The notes under the pieces: generated by a model
The model's database searches: none
Seen by the model: the letters and a program-made list of their open reading frames with translations, nothing else
Told to the model about the DNA's origin: nothing
Assembly (NCBI GenBank): GCA_964424705.1
Contig: CAYRKB010000003.1
Location: 1,956 to 65,955 of the forward strand
From: an uncultured Victivallales bacterium
GTDB lineage: Bacteria > Verrucomicrobiota > Kiritimatiellia > UBA8416 > CAYRKB01
Reading direction: 5' to 3'
DNA length: 64,000 bases
Program-made: the position numbers and the translations under genes
Shown here: piece after piece, positions 1 through 9,396 of the stretch
Layout of the letters: each line of letters opens with the position of its first letter
How positions within the stretch are numbered: the stretch's first letter is position 1

Positions 1-60
1 AGGGCGGCTGTCCCCAGCCGCCGTCCGATGTCCCCAAGGGAGCTTAAGTAAGCGCCATTT

Positions 61-85
61 GAGGTAGAGCCCGCTTTATGCGGGC
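61..85. repeat. Single hairpin-repeat unit (gaggtagagcccgctttaYgcgggc) related to the palindromic element at 4783-4914
   Basis: Near-identical 25-mer with internal stem gcccgc/gcgggc; the same unit occurs twice in inverted orientation at 4.8 kb. Confidence 0.5.
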
Positions 86-304
86 GCCGCCAGGGCAGAG
101 GTACACATGTGGCACGCCTTCAGCGTGCGGGAAAGAGGGGCGCACGTATTGTTTCCAGTCCCAGGGATTCTCCCTGGGCTATGATGTTGCACGCCGTTGG
201 CGTGCGGGGAGGGCCGCTCCGTTGGCGTGCAGAAAAGGCTCGCTGAAGGCCTGTCCTGAGCATGTCGAAGGGTGAGCAACATCATAGCCCAGGCAGAACG
301 GCCG

Positions 305-1492
305 CTACTCTGTCCAGCCGGCGATGCTGATGTTATCTGCAGCAACTGCGTCCCCCGGGAGGGTCGGCACGGTACCACTGAACAGAACCACATCCGAAAC
401 GCCGCCCTTGTCGACGGTTCCGGCTACAATGAGCGAACCGATGAGGGTTCCATTCGCGGTTTGTTTGAAGTTTCCGGTCTTGGCATATACTAGCCCCGTA
501 AGCGTGCCACTCGACTGATTGTCAATATCGCCATCACGACTCACGGCTACGAACCCGCATGAGCCAGTGGCCGTGGTTACGTCAACTTTGCCGCTAAAAT
601 GAATGCTGCCGGTGGCGAAGATGGCACCGTTGATAACTCCGCCGTTTATTGTGCCTGAGTCTCCCTCTATCCAGATAATGCCACCGGGCGGAGTATAAGG
701 AGTGTAAGGCGGCTTCCATCCGGCGGGGAAGACTTGTCGCGGAGACGCGGCGTCCGCCACGGCGTAGTAAGGGCCAAGATCAATCTGTGGAATCTGCACT
801 ACCGGAACCGCTGCCGTGGTCTTTGTCCCAAGCACGGTTCCCTTTATGCTGTTAGCGGGCGAGGTAACATCCCCATTTACCGTATTGTTATTCTTGACCA
901 GAATGGAGACCGAAGATTCGAGGTCGAGTCGCGCCAGAGTTCCCCCAACGTTGGCATTGCCGCTGATAGTAATCGCCTTATTCGAATGGAAGATGGCGGT
1001 TTTGTTCGTGGGCGCGATGGTGCCGCAACCTCCAAAACCGAACGCTCCTCCGCAAAGGACGGCATACTGGAATTGATTTGAAGTCCAGCCAGGCGAGCCG
1101 GTGCCGGAGTTCCTGGCCTCGAGCGCGGCCACCGACGAGGCGGTGCCGCATCTGCCGGTGGAGACAATGGAGACGACTCGGCTTGTGATGCTGGGCACCT
1201 GCACGTAGGCAATGTAGCTGCCGCCGCCATAGTTTGTTGAGCTGACTGGAAACGTTGTTGAATTCGTCCGGAGGCCCCAGTTGGTCACAATGATGCTGTA
1301 GGCATGATTTGCGCCAGCCTCAGCCAGCGCCTGGGCGCGTATTCTATCGCCCAGCTTGACGGCGCTCCTCACGCGCTGGCCGGAAGTATAGGCGATTGTT
1401 CCCAGGCAAGCCGAGATCGTGACGACCACGATCATAGCCGTCAGCAAGGACGACCCGCTCCTGCCGGTGTCCGATCGCAGGCATGTTTTCAT
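305..1492 (-). CDS. PilX-N-like minor pilin-associated protein (hydrophobic N-terminal segment, then Gly/Thr/Ser-rich region)
   Basis: The most plausible start is MKTCLRSDTG... at 1492, preceded by a GGAGG RBS. The N-terminus SLLTAMIVVVTISACLGTIAYTSGQR resembles a PilX_N domain. It is last in an operon with two prepilin-domain genes. The six-frame ORF extends upstream to 1894, but that extension overlaps the upstream gene. Confidence 0.5.
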   Translation of the reverse strand: MKTCLRSDTGRSGSSLLTAMIVVVTISACLGTIAYTSGQRVRSAVKLGDRIRAQALAEAGANHAYSIIVTNWGLRTNSTTFPVSSTNYGGGSYIAYVQVPSITSRVVSIVSTGRCGTASSVAALEARNSGTGSPGWTSNQFQYAVLCGGAFGFGGCGTIAPTNKTAIFHSNKAITISGNANVGGTLARLDLESSVSILVKNNNTVNGDVTSPANSIKGTVLGTKTTAAVPVVQIPQIDLGPYYAVADAASPRQVFPAGWKPPYTPYTPPGGIIWIEGDSGTINGGVINGAIFATGSIHFSGKVDVTTATGSCGFVAVSRDGDIDNQSSGTLTGLVYAKTGNFKQTANGTLIGSLIVAGTVDKGGVSDVVLFSGTVPTLPGDAVAADNISIAGWTE

Positions 1493-1536
1493 CTTTCGCC
1501 TCCCTCTTTCCGCTTCAGAACGAGCGGCGCTCGCGA

Positions 1537-3642
1537 TCAGCGCTTCTTCCATTTGCCCGTGTTTCTCGGTTCGCACTCCACGTTCAACGCGGAGGTCAAC
1601 GTCTGTGTTCCGCTGCCGGTCGTGGGCGCTGATTCGTAGAGGGACAGGTCGATCCCGACTGCCTTTCGGAGGAGCTGCCCATCTACTGTTACCTGGAATA
1701 CGCCGTAATTCGGACCCTTTGTGAAGGAGCCGGAGATGTCGACGGCGTTGCTCGAACCCGTCCAGCCGATGGCGTTGCTCTTGAGCTTGGGCGATTCCAG
1801 GCAGTTGGAGTTTGCCGTGAACGCGGCGCCCCATTGGACGTATCTCCCGCTTTGCGAACTCATGTCGAGCGGCGTTGCTGCGCCAGCCGACCACACGGCG
1901 CCGGTCTGCCAGGTGGTGGCATCCGATAGGTCGTCGTTATTGCCCGTTCGTACCTTCATTTGCAGGGTTCCGTTGTGCAGCGTTGCGATCCAGGACATGG
2001 TGCTGTAGCTCACGGGAGCATCCGCGATCGTGGTGTCGAAAATGTCCGAGGTGTAAGTGCCGTTCGACGGGAACGAAACCGCGGCAGCCTGCACGCCGAC
2101 CAGGTATTGGTAAGGAACGCTGTTGGAGGTCCACACATCAAGCGCCATATCAGCGGCTGTTGCAGCAGGGATCAAGTAGCTGCCCGCCACGGCAGGGAAG
2201 GCGGCGTCTCGCCACAGCCACACGAGACCGTCCCCCACGTTTTCCCAAATGAAAGATACCACATAGCTGTTCGTGCTCGCCATCTCTTGCGGCACGGCCA
2301 CGTAGTCGCTCCAGAGCCCGCCGACGCCGCCGGGAACGACGCTGCCGGTTGCGCCGCCGAACGTCAGCGGCACGCTTGTCCCCGGCACAATGGCGACGCT
2401 GTTGGAAGAAGTGAGGGACATGTCCGCGAGCGCAATGGAGGCCGAACTGATCCTTCCCGGATGGGCACACGACCTGAAGTTCAACCTGCACCTCGGGCCG
2501 TCCTGCAAGATCCATCCCCCGGACGGACTGTCCTTTCCCCGAAGCACAACACGAACACCGTAGCCGCTCATGGCGGAAATGAGCGTGCCCACTGAATCGG
2601 AGGTTTGCATGGCGGCCTGCCAGTTGGTGCCCCCTTTCTTGAGAGAAACAATATAGTTGCTGGGATTGAGCGTGGTGTCCCAATAGACATCCGTCTTGTC
2701 GCAATCCTCTCCCAACCCGCGGAAGTTTGTGTCTTCCCACACGTCGTTCGCCATGGTGAGCGTGAAAGACTGCCCGATGTTGGTGGCGGGGAAGTAAAGC
2801 TGGTAGTTGCCATCCCAGGAGCCGTTGGCCATATAGTTGGTCTTCGGAGCTACCGACGCAAGGGATACGCGCTGGGCTTCGCCTTCGCGCCTGCTGCCGC
2901 TGCGCGAGACGCTCATGCTGTCAATTCCGATCTTGCAGCCGCCGCCCGTGCAACTGGCATTGTTGGTGACGACGGTAAACTTGAATGTATGATCGCCGGG
3001 GCCGAGGATTACCGTTCCCAGCTTGACGTTCGTTTCCCGCTGCGTGGTTGCCGCATAGGCGTCGTATTCGCCGCCTATTTCGCCGATGTTCCACGAGAAC
3101 AGATTCTCGAAGACTACCTCGGTGCTGCCGTTGGCGCGGTCCAGCACGCGCGAGTCGTTGCCGTTGCCATACAGGACGACCTGCGCGAGCTGCGTTTGCA
3201 ACTCGGTCAATGATCTGGCGTTGTTGCGCGGGCTGAACGTTGTGACGCGGAGCTGGTTCGAAAACGGAGCGGTCCAGGCGTGGTAGATGACGGTATTGCC
3301 CGCCGCGATCTGGCCGTTCGTATCCAGCACAATCAGGCCGGTCTGCGGGTTGACGGTGGGTACTGGAAAACTTACCGCAGTGTGGGTTATGCCTGTCCCC
3401 GGCGGATAGTATAGCATTTCGTTCCTGTCGGAAAGTCGCAGTTGGTACTTGAGCCGCTCCATGGCGATCTGGGCATCGCTATCGAGCTCGGTCTGAATGA
3501 GGCTGTGCTCCTGCGCGCGCAGCACATAGATGAAGCCGCCGGTGGCCATTGCCGCCGCCACGGCCATAATCGCTGCGGCGATCATCACTTCGACCAGGGT
3601 GAATCCGAGCTTTGCCGGATTGTTGCTCTTTGGGGTTGTCAT
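1537..3642 (-). CDS. Large (701 aa) prepilin-type N-terminal cleavage/methylation domain protein (pseudopilin/minor pilin-like)
   Basis: The N-terminus KLGFTLVEVMIAAAIMAVAAA carries the canonical G/FTLxE type IV pilin leader and methylation motif. Its start overlaps the stop of the upstream gene by 4 nt. Confidence 0.6.
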   Translation of the reverse strand: MTTPKSNNPAKLGFTLVEVMIAAAIMAVAAAMATGGFIYVLRAQEHSLIQTELDSDAQIAMERLKYQLRLSDRNEMLYYPPGTGITHTAVSFPVPTVNPQTGLIVLDTNGQIAAGNTVIYHAWTAPFSNQLRVTTFSPRNNARSLTELQTQLAQVVLYGNGNDSRVLDRANGSTEVVFENLFSWNIGEIGGEYDAYAATTQRETNVKLGTVILGPGDHTFKFTVVTNNASCTGGGCKIGIDSMSVSRSGSRREGEAQRVSLASVAPKTNYMANGSWDGNYQLYFPATNIGQSFTLTMANDVWEDTNFRGLGEDCDKTDVYWDTTLNPSNYIVSLKKGGTNWQAAMQTSDSVGTLISAMSGYGVRVVLRGKDSPSGGWILQDGPRCRLNFRSCAHPGRISSASIALADMSLTSSNSVAIVPGTSVPLTFGGATGSVVPGGVGGLWSDYVAVPQEMASTNSYVVSFIWENVGDGLVWLWRDAAFPAVAGSYLIPAATAADMALDVWTSNSVPYQYLVGVQAAAVSFPSNGTYTSDIFDTTIADAPVSYSTMSWIATLHNGTLQMKVRTGNNDDLSDATTWQTGAVWSAGAATPLDMSSQSGRYVQWGAAFTANSNCLESPKLKSNAIGWTGSSNAVDISGSFTKGPNYGVFQVTVDGQLLRKAVGIDLSLYESAPTTGSGTQTLTSALNVECEPRNTGKWKKR

Positions 3643-4100
3643 GATGCCGTGACCTTTGTGAAGAGCGACTGCACTTCGACAAAGTTGTTGGAGAATGCGT
3701 TCGCTTTTCTGTCCCAGATCGTAACGATTACTCTCACATCTGTCAGATTGGCCTTCGACGAGTAACTTGTGGTTACCTCCGTCCTTCTCCGGTATCTTCC
3801 GTCTGGATTTGCCGCCCCATTGCCATCGCAGACCGTAGCGGTTTCGCGCAGAGACGTGAGGCGGTCAAAGCCAAAGGTATAGGCCGTCTCAAGGCGGTTC
3901 TTGCAAAGCACCAGAGCCGCGTAGTGCTCACGTCCCGCATTGGTCGACTGGATGGACTGGAGGATCAACGCAAAAACTCCCGACATGAACATCCCAAGGA
4001 TCAAGACCGCGATCATGGTCTCGACAAGGGTCATGCCCTGATTCCTTGGAGCTTTGCGTCCTCCATTCAGCACAGGTTTCATGTGGTCTTTCTCGGGCAT
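3639..4100 (-). CDS. Prepilin-type N-terminal domain protein (GspH/FimT-like pseudopilin)
   Basis: Contains GMTLVETMIAVLILGMF, a prepilin cleavage/methylation motif. An alternative start at 4082 is possible. Confidence 0.6.
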   Translation of the reverse strand: MPEKDHMKPVLNGGRKAPRNQGMTLVETMIAVLILGMFMSGVFALILQSIQSTNAGREHYAALVLCKNRLETAYTFGFDRLTSLRETATVCDGNGAANPDGRYRRRTEVTTSYSSKANLTDVRVIVTIWDRKANAFSNNFVEVQSLFTKVTAS

Positions 4101-4248
4101 CGGTTTTGCACCCTATGCCGCAGCGTTTCAGAGCATTTATCGCGCCCATCAAGCGAAAACTAACAATTCCGATGATTCACGAGACGTTGCCCGGCTCTCG
4201 CTTCTCACATATGAGAAGGCGTTCCGATATCGTCGAGCCGCAACCGGA

Positions 4249-4653
4249 TCATTCTGAATCCTGATTGCGTCTGAAATAGGGTGCCACCAAGGTGACTCGC
4301 TTTTGTGGGACGCCGCAGTTCTCTACAATGGTCGTCGCGAACTTTAGCAGGTCATCCTGGGTGCCCTTGAGGGTGAAGTCGTAAGTCGTTCGATCCTTAA
4401 GCACGACAAAGGTATCCCCGGCCAGCACCTCAACTGAAGTAGAGAGCAATCTTGGTTTATGAGGTTTTCGTATGAAGACGTCTCCGGAGCCTTCCGATGT
4501 TTCGACGCGGACGCGCAGGGGATCGTCAGCCACGATCATAAGGCTTCTTACGCAGGGGAGTCGGTCCAGTGTTTCTGTCTTCTCCCTTGAGCCGCAGCCT
4601 GTCGACAGGCAGGTTGCGGCAAGAGCGAGAGCGATGGAAAATCGTTTCAGCAT
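4249..4653 (-). CDS. Small lipoprotein, function unknown
   Basis: MLKRFSIALALAATCLSTGC gives a signal peptide with a lipobox (LSTGC). Start chosen at the internal Met with the signal peptide. Confidence 0.45.
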   Translation of the reverse strand: MLKRFSIALALAATCLSTGCGSREKTETLDRLPCVRSLMIVADDPLRVRVETSEGSGDVFIRKPHKPRLLSTSVEVLAGDTFVVLKDRTTYDFTLKGTQDDLLKFATTIVENCGVPQKRVTLVAPYFRRNQDSE

Positions 4654-4782
4654 CAGTATTCTCCCGCTTGAAAGAAGGTTGCGAGCCGCCCGTCGCCTGC
4701 GCTGCCGGGTCCGCACACAAAGGCGCACCACTCGTGTTCAAGATAATCCTGTTGGGGTGACAGGCGCAAGCGTTTTCTGCCA

Positions 4783-4914
4783 GCAATTCGCATTACCGCA
4801 ATTCGCATTATGGCCGCGCAGCCCGCGTAAAGCGGGCTCTACTATGACAATTATCGAGGTAGAGCCCGCTTTACGCGGGCTATGGACTGAAATAAGTCGC
4901 AATAATGCGAATTC
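4783..4914. repeat. Compound palindromic element: two inverted arms, each containing a cccgcKtaaagcggg hairpin, plus flanking gcaattcgcatta tandem units
   Basis: Arm 1 (gcaattcgcattatggccgcgcagcccgcgtaaagcgggctctac) and arm 2 (gtagagcccgctttacgcgggctatggactgaaataagtcgcaataatgcgaattcc) are reverse complements, separated by a 14-bp spacer. Intergenic, between the lipoprotein gene and the ATPase gene. Confidence 0.6.
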
Positions 4915-4972
4915 CTGAAAGTGGCGAGACTGTACTTTGCATTTGATCGGATTATATGGTAAGTACGCTTTC

Positions 4973-6124
4973 ATGATAAAACGACCGTTCTGGATCATCA
5001 GAATTGAGGCTGCCTGGAAAGAAGCTCCGATCGTGTGGCTGTCCGGAGTCCGGCGCACCGGCAAGACCACCTTGGTGCAAAGCTTGGGATCTGACCTCAT
5101 TCAATATGTGAACTGCGACCTTCCGGTCGTCGAGGATCAGGTGCGAGACCCGGAGTTGTTCTATCGCAACTGCGCGCGGCCGGTGATCGTATTTGATGAA
5201 ATCCATCAACTCAAGGATCCTTCCCGCCTGCTGAAGGTGGGAGCCGACCTGTTTCCCAATCTGAAGATCCTTGCAACGGGTTCGTCAACGCTGACCGCGA
5301 ACCGGAAGTTCAAAGATACCCTCACGGGGCGAACGCGTACGGTGCACATGACGCCGGTTCTTTGGAACGAACTGGAGGCTTTCAAGCAGGCGCCCCTGCT
5401 CAAAAGGCTATTGCATGGCGGGCTTCCGGCCGCACTTCTCGACGAAATCAAGTCGCCTTCCTTCTATCGCGAATGGCTGGATTCCTTCTTTGCCCGGGAT
5501 ATTCAGAAAATGTTCGCCTTTCGCGATGCCGTCAAGTTCACGGTCCTGTTCGAGTACCTTCTCAAGCAAAGCGGCGGGCTCTTTGAGGTCACTCGCACGG
5601 CCAGCGCGCTGGGCGTAAGTCGGCCGACTGTGGAGCATCATCTGCGTGCGCTGGAAACTACGCACGCGATAACGCTGGTTCGTCCGTTTCACGGCGGGGG
5701 GCAGAAAGAAGTGGTCAAGATGCCCAAGGCCTATGGCTTCGACACGGGTTTTGTCAGTTTCTGTCGCGGCTGGGACCCGCTGCGGCCTGATGATTGCGGC
5801 CCCCTGTGGGAACACCTGGTGCTTGAAACACTTCAAGCGCACCGGCCCTATGGTCCGATTCACTACTGGAGGGATGCCGCCGGCCGCGAAATTGACTTCA
5901 TCCTCCCCGTGAGCCGAGATCAGGTTGACACCGTCGAGTGCAAGTGGAATGCGGATCAGTTTGATGCTACAGCGCTCAGGATCTTCCGCACCTATTATCC
6001 TCACGGCTCCAATTATCTCGTCACTCCTACAAGCTCTGCGAACTACACGAAGATGGTGGCAGGGCATGAGTTGTGCGTCTGCAATCCTGGCGGGTGGGCC
6101 AGCCGGAACGCTTCGCAGCGTTGA
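4973..6124 (+). CDS. AAA-family ATPase with DUF4143-like C-terminal region
   Basis: Walker A motif in LSGVRRTGKTTL. The architecture matches the widespread 'ATP-binding protein, DUF4143' family. Start taken at MIKRPFW (atg at 4973). Confidence 0.65.
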   Translation: MIKRPFWIIRIEAAWKEAPIVWLSGVRRTGKTTLVQSLGSDLIQYVNCDLPVVEDQVRDPELFYRNCARPVIVFDEIHQLKDPSRLLKVGADLFPNLKILATGSSTLTANRKFKDTLTGRTRTVHMTPVLWNELEAFKQAPLLKRLLHGGLPAALLDEIKSPSFYREWLDSFFARDIQKMFAFRDAVKFTVLFEYLLKQSGGLFEVTRTASALGVSRPTVEHHLRALETTHAITLVRPFHGGGQKEVVKMPKAYGFDTGFVSFCRGWDPLRPDDCGPLWEHLVLETLQAHRPYGPIHYWRDAAGREIDFILPVSRDQVDTVECKWNADQFDATALRIFRTYYPHGSNYLVTPTSSANYTKMVAGHELCVCNPGGWASRNASQR

Positions 6125-6607
6125 CCGCGGGCGGGAGGGCCGGCGCGGTTTTTCGTTGCAATCTTCGTCCAGCCCTTGCGGGATCCGGCCCGGCATCGCC
6201 GATGTGGGGCTTAGGCGCCGGTAATAAATAACATTTACAGCTATGCAAGAACTTGCTGTGGCACAGTCATGCATTTCCTTCGCTTCCGGGAATCGGGCAA
6301 GATCTTCATCTGGAACTCAGCCGACCGCGCGGCTGAGTTCCAGATTCAATCCGCTCCGTACGAAGTCCTGCGGGGATACCTGAAGGATGTGTAGATGCTA
6401 TTTCTTTACGGGGCCTAAGGGGCGACGAAGATCGGGACGAAAAGGGGAAAGACCAACCCGTTCCGCAGAATTGGAACGGTTGCTGCTATAGTGTCGCACC
6501 AGCGCGGGGCCGTTCGTTGGCAGGGCCTCAGGCGTGGGCGGGGCGTCATTTTTCTGTTGCGCAGGGGGCGATTTGCTTTTAGCATGAGTTGCAATCCATA
6601 GAGTTAC

Positions 6608-7639
6608 ATGAAGTCTATTAAAGAAATCATAAAGAATTTGCAGCGCGGGCCCGTGGATGTGGTGGGCCTTGACGTTGGCAGCAGCGGCATCAAGGCTGTC
6701 CGGATGCGGAAGAGCGAGGGCGGCATTACGGTGAATGCCGTTGATATCCTCCCGGCTGTTGATCTCGCGGGAGTCATGGCGGAAACCGCCGAAATTTCCG
6801 CGCTGGAGCTTCCTGTCCGGCTGCGGGCCAACTACGGATGCATTGCGCTGACAGGCGAGTCGGCGGTCGTGAAGCTGCTGACGTTCCCCGGGGCTTTTGA
6901 CGCGAAGGCGGAAGAGAAGCTGGTTGACAACCTGGGGGTTGAGGATGCCAGCAAGTGCCGCATCTCCTACAAGGTGATTACAGAAGGGCATGGGCGCGCC
7001 GAGTCGCGCGTGCTGTGCGTGGCGATCCCCGAGGCGCACGTGCGGTTCGGGCCGCTGATGCTGCCCGTGGGACGCCCCGCGCCCTTTTCGGTTGAGGTTT
7101 CCGGCATAGCGTCCATGACCGCGTTTCTTTCCTCAACGGTGGCACAGCAGAAGGAGGGATCGCTGGCTGCGATCGAGTTCGGGACCCGCACAAGCACGTT
7201 CGCCATCTTCAACAAAGGCGTCTTGTCGCTTGTGCGCCGCTTTTCTTTCGGCGCACAGGCGGTCCTGGACAAAGTGAGGGAGCGGCTCGGGGTGGACGCC
7301 GAAACGGCGCAGGGCATCGTGGCCGACGGCTCGTTCGACATCTCCCAGCCCCTGAACGAAGTGATGGATTCTTTCGTCAAGCAGCTTCTTGTTTCGCGCG
7401 ACTTCGTGGAGCGGCGCGAGAATTGTCACGTCGCCAAGCTGTACGTCGGCGGCGGGCTGGCGGGATCGGCGGGCGTTATCGAAGACATGCGCTCCTCGCT
7501 CGAGATCGACGTGGAGCGCTGGGATCCCTTTGAAGGCTTGCAGGTGGCGAAGGACGCCATGACGGAGCAGATGGCCGCCCAGCGCTGGCGGTTTGGCGCG
7601 GCGGTTGGCGCCTGCCTCGGAACGTTTGAGGAAACATGA
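6608..7639 (+). CDS. pilM: Type IV pilus assembly protein PilM (actin-like ATPase fold)
   Basis: VGLDVGSSGIKAV actin-like phosphate-1 motif, 343 aa length, and a position directly upstream of pilN/O/P/Q. Confidence 0.85.
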   Translation: MKSIKEIIKNLQRGPVDVVGLDVGSSGIKAVRMRKSEGGITVNAVDILPAVDLAGVMAETAEISALELPVRLRANYGCIALTGESAVVKLLTFPGAFDAKAEEKLVDNLGVEDASKCRISYKVITEGHGRAESRVLCVAIPEAHVRFGPLMLPVGRPAPFSVEVSGIASMTAFLSSTVAQQKEGSLAAIEFGTRTSTFAIFNKGVLSLVRRFSFGAQAVLDKVRERLGVDAETAQGIVADGSFDISQPLNEVMDSFVKQLLVSRDFVERRENCHVAKLYVGGGLAGSAGVIEDMRSSLEIDVERWDPFEGLQVAKDAMTEQMAAQRWRFGAAVGACLGTFEET

Positions 7640-8253
7640 ATCTGCGAATCGATCTAATCCTTGAGGACGAGAAGCGGAGCGGCAGCGCCGTCAGCGCGAA
7701 GTCGCTGATCCGGATGGTTTCGATTCTAGTGCCGGTTATCGTCGGGCTGCTGCTGGCGTGGCAGATCTATGGGTTCGTGGGCATCAAGGGCGAGCTGAAA
7801 TCGGCGGAGAGCCAATGGCAGGCCATGGAGCCGCTGGAGCGGAGCGCCAAGAAGCTGACCGTGGAAATCCGGGCGAACGAGAATCTGCTGGCCGAATTGA
7901 ACGGCTGGAAGAAGTCGCACGTGGACTGGCACAGCCACCTGTTGCAGCTCTTTGCCTGCGTGCCGGCGAACATCCAGGTGCAGAGCCTGCGGATCAGCCA
8001 GGCGCTGCCGCTGGTCAACGACAAGGTGCCGGCTCGCCAGTTCACAATGGATCTCGTCGGGCGGGCTCTTGGAGAAGACGCAGAGACCAGCGTCACGGGT
8101 TTCAAGCGGGCGCTGGATTCGGACGCCGCGCTGACAAATCTGATAAAGAAAGTGGAAGTCTCCAAGTTCGGCGCGGACACTACGGTGGGCGCCGCCAAAA
8201 CTGACCGTATCTTTGAACTGCGATTCGGTTACCGGGAGCGCCTTTTCGAATGA
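7636..8253 (+). CDS. pilN: PilN-like fimbrial assembly protein (single N-terminal TM, coiled-coil)
   Basis: Overlaps the pilM stop by 4 nt. Has an N-terminal TM helix (MVSILVPVIVGLLLAW) and the expected size and operon position. Confidence 0.6.
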   Translation: MNLRIDLILEDEKRSGSAVSAKSLIRMVSILVPVIVGLLLAWQIYGFVGIKGELKSAESQWQAMEPLERSAKKLTVEIRANENLLAELNGWKKSHVDWHSHLLQLFACVPANIQVQSLRISQALPLVNDKVPARQFTMDLVGRALGEDAETSVTGFKRALDSDAALTNLIKKVEVSKFGADTTVGAAKTDRIFELRFGYRERLFE

Positions 8254-8945
8254 AGCTGCCAGCGGACAAGAAAGAACGTGCGAAAGTGCTGATCGCGACA
8301 CTCATGGGCGCTGCGCTCGTGGTGTACGGGCTGGCGGTCGGGGTTGTGAAGCCGTTGCATACGGACAAGAAAGAGTTCATTGCAAAGACTGTGGCGATTC
8401 AGGAGAAGCTCACCCGCGCCAATATTGCATTGAAGCATATTGAAGGAGACAAAGCCCTCTGCGGGGAAACTCTTTCGCAGCTTGACTCTGCCGCCAGCGA
8501 AAAGGGCATGGTGTTGCGCCCCCGCCTTGGAAATTTCCTGCTTGGCGCCGCGGAGATCATTGAAACGCATGCCCGCTCGGCGAATATCTCCGGGCAGACG
8601 GTCACGGAGAACGGGATCTCGCAGATCCCCCTGGGCAAAGGGCGCGCGGCCGCGGCCTTCAACATATACTCGGTCACGGTGCGCCTGGAGGCGGGCGTGC
8701 ATGATCTCCTTTCCATGCTGCAAGCGCTGGAGCGCGGCAACCCGTACCTTTGCATTTCGAGCCTCACGATTACCGGGCAGGCCGCCAAGCCCGGCCAGCA
8801 TGTGATTACATTCGACGTGCAGTGGCCGATCTGGGTGGACCCCGGGATGCCTCAGAAGTTGCAGGATCAGATGAAGGACCTGGCCGTACCCACAGCCGCC
8901 CCGGCGGCAGCCGGGGCCGGGAGCATGGGGAAACCGTCCAAATGA
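8250..8945 (+). CDS. pilO: PilO-like pilus assembly protein
   Basis: Overlaps the pilN stop by 4 nt. Has an N-terminal TM helix (VLIATLMGAALVVYGLAV) and the expected operon position. Confidence 0.55.
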   Translation: MKLPADKKERAKVLIATLMGAALVVYGLAVGVVKPLHTDKKEFIAKTVAIQEKLTRANIALKHIEGDKALCGETLSQLDSAASEKGMVLRPRLGNFLLGAAEIIETHARSANISGQTVTENGISQIPLGKGRAAAAFNIYSVTVRLEAGVHDLLSMLQALERGNPYLCISSLTITGQAAKPGQHVITFDVQWPIWVDPGMPQKLQDQMKDLAVPTAAPAAAGAGSMGKPSK

Positions 8946-9367
8946 GAACACTCCTTGGAATCACCGTGTTCAGCCTGTGTGCTCTGTCGGCTTCAGTTGC
9001 GGCGCGCGCCGGGGATGTGGCAGAGACCAACGCCGCCTCAACGCTGATCCGCGATCCCTTCTGGCCCGTTGACTGGGTGCCGCCGCCACCTTTGGAGCAG
9101 GATGTGGGTGGCGGCACGAATGTGCCGAAGCGGGTTGTGAAGGTGGAGCAAGTGCGATGGGCCGAGGCCCAGGCCAGCCTGCAGCAGACCGGATACAGCA
9201 AGGGGCGGGACGGCAAGTATTTTGCGATCTTGAAAGGGATCGGGGTCGTGCAAGAGGGCGATACCGTGTCGGTCACTTTTGCGGGGAAGAACTACAGCTG
9301 GAAGATCGTATCCGTCACAGAAAAAGGGATCGTGCTGGAGCGTGGTGGAATGCGTCCGGCCAAGTGA
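8942..9367 (+). CDS. pilP: PilP-like lipoprotein/periplasmic protein
   Basis: Carries a signal peptide, and the C-terminal beta domain (VSVTFAGKNYSWKIVSVTEKGIVLERGG) resembles a PilP C-domain. Start overlaps the pilO stop. Confidence 0.5.
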   Translation: MRTLLGITVFSLCALSASVAARAGDVAETNAASTLIRDPFWPVDWVPPPPLEQDVGGGTNVPKRVVKVEQVRWAEAQASLQQTGYSKGRDGKYFAILKGIGVVQEGDTVSVTFAGKNYSWKIVSVTEKGIVLERGGMRPAK

Positions 9368-9396
9368 CTGGGCAGCAACGCAGCGGGGAATAACAA

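Noticed and set aside
6398-7039. 213-aa minus-strand ORF overlapping the pilM start
   Set aside because: It overlaps a confident plus-strand gene and the AT-rich pilM promoter region. It has no RBS or motif.
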